Source of the DNA: an uncultured bacterium
Lineage (GTDB): Bacteria; Acidobacteriota; Thermoanaerobaculia; Multivoradales; JAHZIX01
Length of the DNA stretch: 64,000 bases
Assembly: GCA_965368975.1 (NCBI GenBank)
Contig: CBDUPA010000007.1
Span: 160,001-224,000 of the forward strand
Direction of reading: 5' to 3'
The position numbers and the translations under genes are program-made. Numbering within the stretch: the first letter of the stretch is position 1; the number at the start of each line of letters is the position of its first letter. Under the pieces are notes generated by a model. It made no database searches. It was given only the letters and a program-made list of their open reading frames with translations, and was not told the DNA's origin. This document shows positions 48,401-56,356 of this stretch, one piece after another.

Positions 48401-49603
48401 GCGTGACGTGCGTCGCTCTTCGCCCAGTACTTCGAGTTCCAGGTCGCCGAGCTGCAGCTGCTCCGAGGGGGTGTTGTGCACCGCGAAGACGACCTGGAAC
48501 ATCGGGTGGCGGGCAGCGTCGCGTTGCGGGCTCAGCTGCTCGACCAGCAATTCGAAGGGGATGTCGGCGTGCTCTTGCACCGCCAGCACACAGCGCCGAC
48601 CCTGTTCGAGCAGATCGGCGGCGCTGCGCGTGCGATCCGCGTCCTCGAGGGTGCCCCAGGGCAAGACCAGCGTGGCGGCGAAGAAGCCGATCAGCTCCTC
48701 CAGCTCGACCCGATCACGTCCGGCCACGACACTGCCGAGGAGAAAGCTCTGGCGCCCGCTGTAGCGTTCGAGCAGCAGGGCGAAGACACTCAGGCCGACC
48801 ATGAACGGTGTCACGCCGAAACGCGTGCAAACGTGGTCGAGACGTGGCGCGGAGGTGGCGAGGCGGAAGAGTTGCTGCGTGCCCTGAAAGCTCAGGCGCG
48901 CGGGGCGCGGCCGATCGCCCAGCAGCTCCAGCGGCTCGACGCCGACCAGGTGTCGGCGCCACCAACGCAGGCCGTGCTCCAAGCGCTCTCCCTGCAGTCG
49001 CTTGTTCTGCCAGCGGGCGAAGTCGAGGTACTGCAGCTTGGGTTCGGGTAGCGGCGAAGGGTGGCCGCGGAGGAAGGCGTGGTAGAGCAACGTCGTCTCG
49101 CGGACGAACACGGCTTGCGACCAGGCATCCGAAACGATGTGGTGGGCGCTGAACAGCAGCAGGTGGTGCCGCGGAGCCAGGCGGAGCAGCTGCAGCAGCA
49201 GCATCGGTCCGCGCGCCAGGTCGAAGGGGCGGTGGTTGGCGCTGTCGAGCAGACTGCGAGCCCGCGCTTCGGCGTCGGATAGCGGCAGATGCGTCAAGTC
49301 GAGCACCGGCAAGATCTGGGGTTGCCAGGGCAGCGGCCACTGGACGGGCTGGCCGTCGACTTCTGGAAAGGCGGTGTTGAGCACGCGGTGGCGGCGTGTG
49401 ATCTCGCCCAGCGCGCGCGCCAGGGCCGCCGTATCCAGGTCGCCCTGCAGACGCAACAGCAAGGCTCCGTTGTACAGCGTCTTGTCGCCGTACAGGCGCT
49501 CCAGGAACCACAGGCGACGCTGGGAGAACGACAGCGGTTGGCGCTGGATCAGCAGCTTGCGCTTGGCCTCGGACAGCGACTGGAGGCGCGCGCTCAGGGT
49601 CAT
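45428..49603 (-). CDS. Single-module NRPS (C-A-PCP-TE)
   Basis: PLSFSQRRLWFL, HHIVSDAWS, YLIYTSGSTGRPKGV, NLYGPTE, LYRTGD, NQKLDR, FFTAGGHSLL, GWSMGG, GNHYSIL. Confidence 0.95.
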   Translation of the reverse strand: MTLSARLQSLSEAKRKLLIQRQPLSFSQRRLWFLERLYGDKTLYNGALLLRLQGDLDTAALARALGEITRRHRVLNTAFPEVDGQPVQWPLPWQPQILPVLDLTHLPLSDAEARARSLLDSANHRPFDLARGPMLLLQLLRLAPRHHLLLFSAHHIVSDAWSQAVFVRETTLLYHAFLRGHPSPLPEPKLQYLDFARWQNKRLQGERLEHGLRWWRRHLVGVEPLELLGDRPRPARLSFQGTQQLFRLATSAPRLDHVCTRFGVTPFMVGLSVFALLLERYSGRQSFLLGSVVAGRDRVELEELIGFFAATLVLPWGTLEDADRTRSAADLLEQGRRCVLAVQEHADIPFELLVEQLSPQRDAARHPMFQVVFAVHNTPSEQLQLGDLELEVLGEERRTSRMDLLGTLETYEQDLFLKVEYSTELFDGTTVQRLAGHFDRLLNTLLRHLHSEELEAASRNAAQGYSVDNFSLLSAAERAQLLQQWQDTQRPRPPSSGVHLRVYAQARQRPDAIALLHGHRHLSFGLLCRHAAALATRLRAAWPGAGLGPEHVLAVCLPRSPELVLAQLAVLTTGAAFLQLDPTLPPQRLRWLLADSGATGVLTQEQLWQRLQNDEPPSQAQATPRWFDVERWLREEAQEPGLAAAVEPGSALEPVHAGNLAYLIYTSGSTGRPKGVEVSHGALANLLNWYHERFACCPDDRASQTFGLGFDGMVFEVWGHLSAGICLDLLDLRQLTAAAFGRWLRRRAISLVMLVTPLTEQLLGVPWPSGVEPAESGLSNTESCHRETSAGPRAILTGGDALHGPPPPGYPFTLFNLYGPTETAVIATHTSVPPAGLTRPSIGRPLDNLCARIVDARGRVVPIGVQGELQIGGASLARGYHDRPRRTAEAFVPDPWAETPGARLYRTGDLARFLPDGCIDFLGRRDHQVKIRGFRIEPGEVVSQLNRHPDVEAAAVLARRGGRSRDLRLEAFVVPRSSPPVASAIEPRLVEFLRADLPEYMTPAVWHFLDTLPLTANQKLDRRGLEAIAAEAESSAETADGDATTDPDAAKAPRDELELRVLHLWQELLPGQPHVHTDFFTAGGHSLLAVRLMAEVHRRFGVELPLSTLFDHGTPETFAACLRRHPTRGPAARTRPLCVALQHARNQDKDADRQPLFLVHPVGGEVLCYLPLARRLADLCPVYGLQSPDLPATQSQSAPSIEELAARYLEAVREVQPSGPYRLAGWSMGGLVTFELARQLRRLGEAVAWIVLLDVRAPSQRRDDPYLQDQALRRVFEQDLAALTTSDQASGGLEGPFRRFAANYQALFTYGRGETWTADVEPLEGPVHVWRAADGANAEIAAPALGWAELIEGPIHEAILPGNHYSILQPPHVEETARRLRALLTGGSHTA

Positions 49604-49656
49604 GGACACCACAGGCTCATCGACACCATAGTTTCATGGACCCAAGCTTCATGGAC
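49600..49656. repeat. Four degenerate TCAT(G/C)GAC direct repeats at the NRPS start
   Basis: Copies start at 49600, 49617, 49634 and 49649 (spacing 17, 17, 15). Confidence 0.6.
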
Positions 49657-49681
49657 TCGACAGCCGCTGTATCCGGCTAGG

Positions 49682-50788
49682 TCAGGCAGTTTCCAGCCGC
49701 GGTGCTCGGTCGAGCGCGGCGTGGATCATCAGGAACTCGCCGACGTTCTCAGAGGTCAGCAGGCCGGTCAGCTGTCCCTGCTCGTTCAACACCGGCATGG
49801 TGCGTGAGTCGTCGCGCTGCAGACGGACGAAAGCGGATTCGAGTGTCTCGTTGGCATGCGTGGTCTGGAAGCGGTCATGCATGGTGCTCTCGACGGTACC
49901 GTCCTCGCCCTGTTCGTGCAGGCCGCGCATCAGGTCCTGGCGCGTCAAGATGCCGGTGACTCGCCGTTCGCCGTCGATCACCGGGAAATCCTGCTGACTG
50001 CCCGCCAGGATCAAGCTCATCGCGTGTCCGAGACGGTCCCCGGCGTCGAGCGTGTGGTACTCGCGCAGCATCGCCTGGTTGACCGAGATGCCGGTTAGCG
50101 CGGTACGGATCTGCACCCAGCTGGCTTCCTGCGAGGCGCCGATCCAGACGAAGGCGGCGATCAGCAGCAGGAAAGGGTTGAACGGCTTCGACAGCAGTCC
50201 CAGCAGCCCGAACAGCATCGCCATCGCCTGGCCGACGACCGCCGCGATCTGCGTCGCGCGGTTGTAGTTGGTGCCGAAGGCGAGCAGGGCGCGCAACACT
50301 CGACCACCGTCCATCGGGAAGGCGGGCAGGAGGTTGAACACCACCAGCATCACGTTCACCAGCATCAGTCGTTGCCAGAAGGGGCCGCCTTCGACATCCA
50401 GCTGCGCCAGCGGCACAAGCCGACCGGAGAGCGTCAAGACAGCGTAGAGCACGGCGGCGATGACCACGTTGACCGCCGGTCCGGCGAGCGCCACCAGGAG
50501 TTCCTGGCCGGGCTTGTCGGGCATCTTCTCGAGGCGTGCGACACCGCCGATCGGTAGCAAGACAATGCTGCGCGTGCGGATACCGTAGCGGCGCGCGGTG
50601 AGCGCGTGGCCCAACTCGTGCAGCACCACGCAGGCGAACAGCAGCAGCACGAACGCGATTCCCTCGAGCGTCGCGGCAGTGCCGCGACCGGCATAGAGGA
50701 ACACCACCCACACGATGATCAGGAAGAATGTGGCGTGCATGCGCAGGGGGATCCCCGCCAGCCTACCGATCTGCCAGGACCACTTCAT
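49682..50788 (-). CDS. Site-2 protease (M50) with CBS domains
   Basis: VVLHELGH, AGPAVN, FNLLPAFPMDGGR, C-terminal CBS pair. Confidence 0.95.
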   Translation of the reverse strand: MKWSWQIGRLAGIPLRMHATFFLIIVWVVFLYAGRGTAATLEGIAFVLLLFACVVLHELGHALTARRYGIRTRSIVLLPIGGVARLEKMPDKPGQELLVALAGPAVNVVIAAVLYAVLTLSGRLVPLAQLDVEGGPFWQRLMLVNVMLVVFNLLPAFPMDGGRVLRALLAFGTNYNRATQIAAVVGQAMAMLFGLLGLLSKPFNPFLLLIAAFVWIGASQEASWVQIRTALTGISVNQAMLREYHTLDAGDRLGHAMSLILAGSQQDFPVIDGERRVTGILTRQDLMRGLHEQGEDGTVESTMHDRFQTTHANETLESAFVRLQRDDSRTMPVLNEQGQLTGLLTSENVGEFLMIHAALDRAPRLETA

Positions 50789-50804
50789 CTCTGCTCGCCT
50801 CCTC

Positions 50805-50832
50805 GCTGTGGTGGTTCAGCTGTGGTGGTTCA
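50805..50832. repeat. Perfect 14-bp tandem duplication at the HtrA stop codon
   Basis: gctgtggtggttca x2. Confidence 0.85.
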
Positions 50833-52032
50833 GTCGACGTCGATCAGCCGAACAGAGACGCGTCGTGAACGACCATCGCGCGCTACGGTCAGGTCGACCT
50901 GCGCGCCGACGCCTGCTTGTTCGAAGGCGTCCTGCAGATCGTCGAGGCTACCGACCGACGTGCCGTCGACCGCCTCGATGACGTCGCCGAGGACCGGCCG
51001 ACGGCTGCCGCGGGGGTAGCGGAGACCGACGAGGCCGGCTTGCTCCGCCGGTGTGCCGCGGAGAACTTCCTGGATCGGTACACCGGCGATGCCGCGCTTG
51101 TACACCAAGCGCGGATCCAGCGGCTGGATGCCGATGCCGGGCCGGATTGGCCGACCGTTGCGGATCAACTGCGGCACCAGCCGGCGGACGGTGTCGGCTG
51201 GCACCGCGAAGCCGATGCCTGCCGAGTCGCCGCCGGTGGAGTAGATGGCGGTGTTGATACCGATCAGACGGCCGCGTGAGTCGAGCAAAGGGCCGCCGGA
51301 GTTGCCCGGGTTGATCGCCGCATCGGTCTGGATCAGGTCGCGGATCAGACGGCCACTGGGGGATTGCAGCTCGCGCCCCAGGGCGCTCACGACGCCGACC
51401 GTCAGCGTGTGGTCGAGGCCGAACGGATTGCCAATGGCGAGCACCCGCTGCCCGACCACCAGGTCGGTCGAGCGTCCGAGGTTGACTGCCTGCAGTTTCT
51501 CGCGTGGTGCCTCGATGCGCAGCACGGCGAGATCCTTGTCAGGAGCTGCCCCGACCAGCTGCGCCGGCCACTCGCTCTGATCGGAGAGGGTGACGGCGAA
51601 GCGCTGACTCTCGGCCACCACGTGGAAGTTGGTGACCACGTGCCCCTGGAGGTCCCAGAGGAAGCCGCTGCCAGAGCCCGCCGGCATCTGGTAGACGTTG
51701 CGCGAGAAGTAGTCGCGCCGCAGCTGAATGCTGGCGATCGACACCACCGAGTCGGCGGCGCTACGGAAAATCGAGATGATGCGCTGCTCTTCGCTGGTGA
51801 GGTCGTCGGGCAGCGGCTGGAAGATCTGCGACGGTGTCAGCGGTTGGGCGCTGGCGCGCGAGTCGAGTGCGGCCAGCGGGCGAGCCCCGCTGTTCGACGC
51901 CCCATCGTCCGGCTCTGCCGTCGACGAGGTCGCGATTTTCGCTGGATCGTCGGCCGGCCACGGCGTGTGGACCACCTGGCCCAAGAGCAGGCCGACGAGG
52001 AGAGCACAACAGACAAGTACGGTCGTTCGCAT
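50830..52032 (-). CDS. HtrA/DegQ-like serine protease with one PDZ domain
   Basis: GSGSGF, TNFHVV, DLAVLRI, IQTDAAINPGNSGGPL, PDZ. Confidence 0.93.
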   Translation of the reverse strand: MRTTVLVCCALLVGLLLGQVVHTPWPADDPAKIATSSTAEPDDGASNSGARPLAALDSRASAQPLTPSQIFQPLPDDLTSEEQRIISIFRSAADSVVSIASIQLRRDYFSRNVYQMPAGSGSGFLWDLQGHVVTNFHVVAESQRFAVTLSDQSEWPAQLVGAAPDKDLAVLRIEAPREKLQAVNLGRSTDLVVGQRVLAIGNPFGLDHTLTVGVVSALGRELQSPSGRLIRDLIQTDAAINPGNSGGPLLDSRGRLIGINTAIYSTGGDSAGIGFAVPADTVRRLVPQLIRNGRPIRPGIGIQPLDPRLVYKRGIAGVPIQEVLRGTPAEQAGLVGLRYPRGSRRPVLGDVIEAVDGTSVGSLDDLQDAFEQAGVGAQVDLTVARDGRSRRVSVRLIDVD

Positions 52033-52083
52033 CACAAGATCTCCTGGGGCGCAGCCTAACACACGCTCGGAGTGCGGTGAAAC

Positions 52084-52113
52084 TTGACTTACGCTGTGTT
52101 ACCGCCGTACACT
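52084..52113 (+). promoter_or_regulatory. sigma70-type promoter, probably giving a leaderless lexA mRNA
   Basis: TTGACT, 18 nt, TACACT, then 6 nt to the ATG at 52120; no SD. Confidence 0.55.
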
Positions 52114-52119
52114 GCCGGC

Positions 52120-52899
52120 ATGGCTAGCTCAACCCGCTCCACCTCTGCCGGCGCTACCTCGGCCGGCGCTACCTCTGCCGACGCTACCTCGGCCGGCTCT
52201 ACCGTAGCCAGAACCGATGTCTCCAGCCAGGGCCGATCCGCCGTGCCGGCGAAGGGGCGCAAGCGTGGCGACCGCAATGCGCCGTCGTACCTGACCGAGC
52301 GGCAGCGCGCGATTCTCGAGTTCATCGAGGAGTCACAGCGCCGTCGCAGCATCGCGCCGACCCACCGTGAGATCTGTGAGCATTTCGGCTATTCTTCCTA
52401 CGGCACCGTCTACAAGCACCTCAAGCTGCTCGAACAGAAGGGTTTCCTGACCCGAGATTGGAACCAGAAGCGGGGCATCGAGTTGACCCGTCCGGTGCGC
52501 GCCGAGGACGACGGCGACCTACCCTTTCTGGGCCTTATCGCTGCCGGCCGGCCGATTCAAGCACTGCCCGAACCCGAAACTCTGCAGGTGCCGCACCACT
52601 TGCTGCGACCGCGTTCCGGCGGCGAGCACTTCGTGCTACAGGTGATGGGCGACTCGATGATCGACGAAGGCATCCACGACGGTGACTTCGTCGTCGTCTT
52701 GCGGCGCCAGACCGCGGCGCCGGGTGAGATGGTGGTAGCCTTGGTCGAAGATCAGGACGCGACCCTCAAGCGCTTCTACCCTGAGGGGCCGATGGTGCGC
52801 TTGCAGCCATCGCACCCGACCATGGAGCCGATCTTGGTCGATGCCCGCGAAGTCAAGATCCAGGGCATCGTCGTCGGCCTGATGCGCCGGTACGCCTGA
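52120..52899 (+). CDS. lexA: LexA repressor with a low-complexity N-terminal extension
   Basis: LTERQRAILEFI, PT.REI, HLKLLEQKG, GLIAAGRP (Ala-Gly cleavage site), GDSM, ATLKRFY. Confidence 0.95.
   Translation: MASSTRSTSAGATSAGATSADATSAGSTVARTDVSSQGRSAVPAKGRKRGDRNAPSYLTERQRAILEFIEESQRRRSIAPTHREICEHFGYSSYGTVYKHLKLLEQKGFLTRDWNQKRGIELTRPVRAEDDGDLPFLGLIAAGRPIQALPEPETLQVPHHLLRPRSGGEHFVLQVMGDSMIDEGIHDGDFVVVLRRQTAAPGEMVVALVEDQDATLKRFYPEGPMVRLQPSHPTMEPILVDAREVKIQGIVVGLMRRYA
52141..52200 (+). repeat. 15-bp tandem repeat x4 (TSAGA) in the lexA N-terminus
   Basis: acctc(t/g)gccg(g/a)c(g/t)ct x4. Confidence 0.9.
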
Positions 52900-53057
52900 G
52901 CTTTCGCGCCGTAAGAGGCCTCGATCGGCGGTGGTTCTGCCGCCATATGTGGTCGATGTTTGGAGCTGCCGAGCCAAACCGCTAGAATGCTCGGCGCCGG
53001 TGCTGTTCCCCCCCCAACAGGATACGCCCGCTGAACTCGACTCCTTTACGAGGTGCT

Positions 53058-54449
53058 ATGGAGCTTGACGCGTTACTTAAGTTCATGACCAAGAAGGGCG
53101 CTTCGGATCTGCATCTGAAGCCGACCCGGCCGCCTCTGCTACGCATCAACGGCAAGATCATCCCCATCGACATGGACCCCTTCAAGCCGGGGGACATCGA
53201 CAAGATGGTGCTCGGGATCTTGAACCCGAAGCAGAAGGAGCGTTTGGAGGAACGGTTATCGGTCGATCTGGGGTACGGTGTCCCTGGATGTGCCCGCTTC
53301 CGTGGCAACATCTATATGCAGCGGGGAACCCTGGCGGCGTCGTTCCGTCGCATCCCGTTCCAGATCCGCGACGTCGAGGAACTCAACCTTCCCGACGTTT
53401 TGCTCGAGTTCGCCAGCTTGCCGATGGGGCTGGTGCTGGTCACCGGACCGACCGGTAGCGGCAAGTCGACTACCCTGGCAGCGCTGATCAAGTACATCTC
53501 GGCCAACCGGCCGGTGCACGTGATCACCGTCGAGGACCCGATGGAGTTTCTGTTCACCGACAACGTGGCGACCCTGTCGCAGCGTGAGATCGGCACTGAC
53601 ACCATTAGCTTCGCCGAAGCCCTGCGCAACGCGATGCGCCAGGACCCGGACGTCATCATGGTCGGCGAGATGCGCGATCCCGAGACCATCGCGACGGTGA
53701 TCACCGCTGCCGAGACCGGACATTTGTGCTTCTCGACACTGCACACCAACAGTGCTGGCCAGACCATCGACCGTATTCTCGACGCCTTCCCGCCGGATCA
53801 GCAGGCACAGGTCCGCTCGCAGCTGGCGCAGTTGCTCAGGGGGGTCGTGTCGATCAAGTTGGTCGAGCGCAAGGGAGGCGATGGCCGCATGGCCGCGCTC
53901 GAGATCATGCGCGGTTCGCCCAAGATCGCCGATCTGATCGAGAAGGGCAAGACCGCCAACATCCTGGAAGAAATCGAATCCTCCGTCGGCTACTACCGCA
54001 TGCAGTCGATGAACCAATCCTTGCTGGCACTGCTGGCCAACGGAGAAATCTCGCCCGAAGAGGCCATGCGGCAGTCCCCGGACGCCGAAGACCTCTCGCT
54101 CAAGTTGCGCAAGATGTTCCCCAAGATCGTGGAGGGAGACATGGCTACCTCGGACTTTTCCCAGATTCTCGAACTGCAGGAGTTCCGCCGCCTCTACGAA
54201 GAGCAGGAGGAGAAGATCAAGCTGACTCTGGCGGAGAAAGATCAGACCATCTCTGAGCGTGATGAGATGCTGGCCGACCGGGATCGTCAGATGAACGAGC
54301 TCCACGACGAGATGAACCGCATACAGGAGCAGGTGGACAAGCAGGAGCAGGATTACAATCGTCTCAAGACCGAGGCGCAGGACAAGATCGACAAGCTGAT
54401 GGAGCGCATCCGGCAGCTGAATCAGCGGCTCACCGGCGCCGCCCGCTGA
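53058..54449 (+). CDS. pilT: PilT/PilU-family ATPase with a C-terminal coiled coil
   Basis: ASDLHL, GPTGSGKSTT, ITVEDP, RQDPDVIMVGEMRD, TGHLCFSTLHTN; about 100-aa heptad tail. Confidence 0.85.
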   Translation: MELDALLKFMTKKGASDLHLKPTRPPLLRINGKIIPIDMDPFKPGDIDKMVLGILNPKQKERLEERLSVDLGYGVPGCARFRGNIYMQRGTLAASFRRIPFQIRDVEELNLPDVLLEFASLPMGLVLVTGPTGSGKSTTLAALIKYISANRPVHVITVEDPMEFLFTDNVATLSQREIGTDTISFAEALRNAMRQDPDVIMVGEMRDPETIATVITAAETGHLCFSTLHTNSAGQTIDRILDAFPPDQQAQVRSQLAQLLRGVVSIKLVERKGGDGRMAALEIMRGSPKIADLIEKGKTANILEEIESSVGYYRMQSMNQSLLALLANGEISPEEAMRQSPDAEDLSLKLRKMFPKIVEGDMATSDFSQILELQEFRRLYEEQEEKIKLTLAEKDQTISERDEMLADRDRQMNELHDEMNRIQEQVDKQEQDYNRLKTEAQDKIDKLMERIRQLNQRLTGAAR

Positions 54450-54478
54450 CCTCCGACGGCGCACACCCCGGTGGGCCC

Positions 54479-54865
54479 ATGGAGTTGACCACCCGAGACG
54501 TCCGACACCTTGCACGGCTGGCGCGCCTGCAGCCGGCAGACGGCCCAGCTGAAGGCTGGGCCGGAGCGCTCAAAGAGATGCTCGCCTACGTCCATCAACT
54601 TTCTGTCGTGGAGCCCGAGACTACAGACCGCTCGGTGGCCGCTGAGGGACTAGCTGAGGGGCTGCCAGTGGCCGTCCAGGAGCTAGAAACCACCGCTGAG
54701 GTTGGTGGTGTGCGTGCCGACGAGCCCGGCACGTGCTTGCCGGCGGCGGTCGTTCTGGCCAATGCGCCGGCACACAACAAGGGCTGGGTGATGGTCGCGC
54801 CACCGGCCGGCCATGCGCGAGCTTCCGTGGAGGCGGCGCGCGACGGAGGTGGGGAAGCGGCATGA
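54479..54865 (+). CDS. gatC: GatC-like subunit
   Basis: DVRHLARLARL, MLAYVHQL, RADEP, VLANAP; overlaps the gatA start. Confidence 0.75.
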   Translation: MELTTRDVRHLARLARLQPADGPAEGWAGALKEMLAYVHQLSVVEPETTDRSVAAEGLAEGLPVAVQELETTAEVGGVRADEPGTCLPAAVVLANAPAHNKGWVMVAPPAGHARASVEAARDGGGEAA

Positions 54866-56346
54866 GTATGGCCGCCACACAGGCCTGGAGTTGGAGTGCC
54901 GCGACCATTGCTCGGCGTGTGCGTGCCGGTGACGTGTCCGCGCGCGCCGTAGTCGATGCTTGCTTGCATCGCACCCACAGCGTCGAGCCGGCTCTCAATG
55001 CCTATCTGGAAGTGTTCGACCCTGCAGCCCGCGAGCGTGCCGACGCACTCGATCGCCGACGTCGACGAGGGGAGACACTCGGCGCGCTGGCGGGGGTACC
55101 GGTGGCGGTCAAAGACAACCTGAATATCGCAGGTCAGGCACTCAGCTGCGGCTCCCGCCTGCTCGAGGGCTACCGGGCACCCTACACCGCCACGGCCGTC
55201 GAACGCCTCCTGCGGGCTGACGCCGTGCTGCTCGGGCGCACCAATCTCGATGAGTTCGCCATGGGCTCCTCCGGTGAGACCTCGGCCTTCGGTGCCACCC
55301 GCAACCCGTGGGCTCGTGAGCGTGTTCCCGGTGGCTCGAGTAGCGGCTCGGCGGCGGCGGTCGCTGCCGGCAGCGTCCCTTTGGCCCTGGGTAGCGATAC
55401 CGGTGGCTCAGTGCGCCAGCCAGCTGCGCTGTGCGGCCTGGTCGGCGTCAAGCCAACGTACGGCCGCGTCTCGCGCTATGGCCTGACCGCTTACGCTTCC
55501 AGTCTCGACCAGGTTGGTCCGCTGGCCCGCGACGCCAACGATGCAGCGCTGGCCCTGGCCGTGCTCAGCGGTCACGATCCGTGCGACGCAACGTCGAGCC
55601 GCCGGGCACCGCCGCAGCTCGGGAGCGAAGTCCGCTGGCGTGGACTGCGCGCAGGCGTGCCCCGTGAGCTGTCGCTCGACGCGCTCAGTCACGCTGCTGC
55701 CAGCAACTGGACCGAGGCGCTGGAGCGCGTGCGGGGGCTGGGTGGCGAGGTCGTCGAGGTCAGTGTGCCGGCGTTGCCGCGCGCGCTGGCGGTCTATTCT
55801 CTGATCGCCAACAGCGAGGCGAGCAGCAACCTGGCGCGCTTCGATGGCGTGCGGTTCGGCACCAGACCTCCCCGCCCCAGGGGAGAGGACGTCGACGCAT
55901 CGATCACGCATGCGCGCTCGCAGGGTTTCGGTGCCGAAGTCCAGCGTCGTATCCTGCTCGGCACGTTCGCGCTCTCGGCAGGCTATCGGCATGCCTACTA
56001 CGCACGGGCGTGTCGGCTGCGTGCGGCCCTGGCATCTCAACTGCGCGACGCCCTGTGCTCGGTCGACCTGCTGCTGACGCCGACCACGCCGTCGGCCGCC
56101 TTCCCGCTAGGGGAGATGGTAGGGGCCTCGCTGCAGATGGCGCTCTCGGACCTGTTCACCGTGCCGGCCAGCCTCGCCGGCCTACCGGCGGTCGCGGTCC
56201 CTTCGGGCTACAGTGACGATGACATGCCGCTGTCGCTGCAGTTGATCGGCGACGCCTTCGATGAAGCCCGCTTGCTGCCGCTGGCGCAGGCCTTCCAAGA
56301 TCACGTCGAGTGGGAGGTGCGTCCTGCGCGCCCTGCTGCCCTCTAG
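54862..56346 (+). CDS. gatA: Asp/Glu-tRNA amidotransferase subunit A
   Basis: AVKDN, TNLDEFAMGSS, PGGSSSGS, GSDTGGSVRQPA, SSNLARFDG.RFG, GFG.EV.RRILLGT. Confidence 0.9.
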   Translation: MSMAATQAWSWSAATIARRVRAGDVSARAVVDACLHRTHSVEPALNAYLEVFDPAARERADALDRRRRRGETLGALAGVPVAVKDNLNIAGQALSCGSRLLEGYRAPYTATAVERLLRADAVLLGRTNLDEFAMGSSGETSAFGATRNPWARERVPGGSSSGSAAAVAAGSVPLALGSDTGGSVRQPAALCGLVGVKPTYGRVSRYGLTAYASSLDQVGPLARDANDAALALAVLSGHDPCDATSSRRAPPQLGSEVRWRGLRAGVPRELSLDALSHAAASNWTEALERVRGLGGEVVEVSVPALPRALAVYSLIANSEASSNLARFDGVRFGTRPPRPRGEDVDASITHARSQGFGAEVQRRILLGTFALSAGYRHAYYARACRLRAALASQLRDALCSVDLLLTPTTPSAAFPLGEMVGASLQMALSDLFTVPASLAGLPAVAVPSGYSDDDMPLSLQLIGDAFDEARLLPLAQAFQDHVEWEVRPARPAAL

Positions 56347-56356
56347 CTCCTCACCT

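Noticed and set aside
52040-52119. LexA operator upstream of lexA
   Set aside because: I could not find a recognised SOS box (CTGT-N8-ACAG, GAAC-N4-GTTC, GTTC-N7-GTTC); the TAACACA/TGTGTTA inverted pair is too widely spaced to trust.
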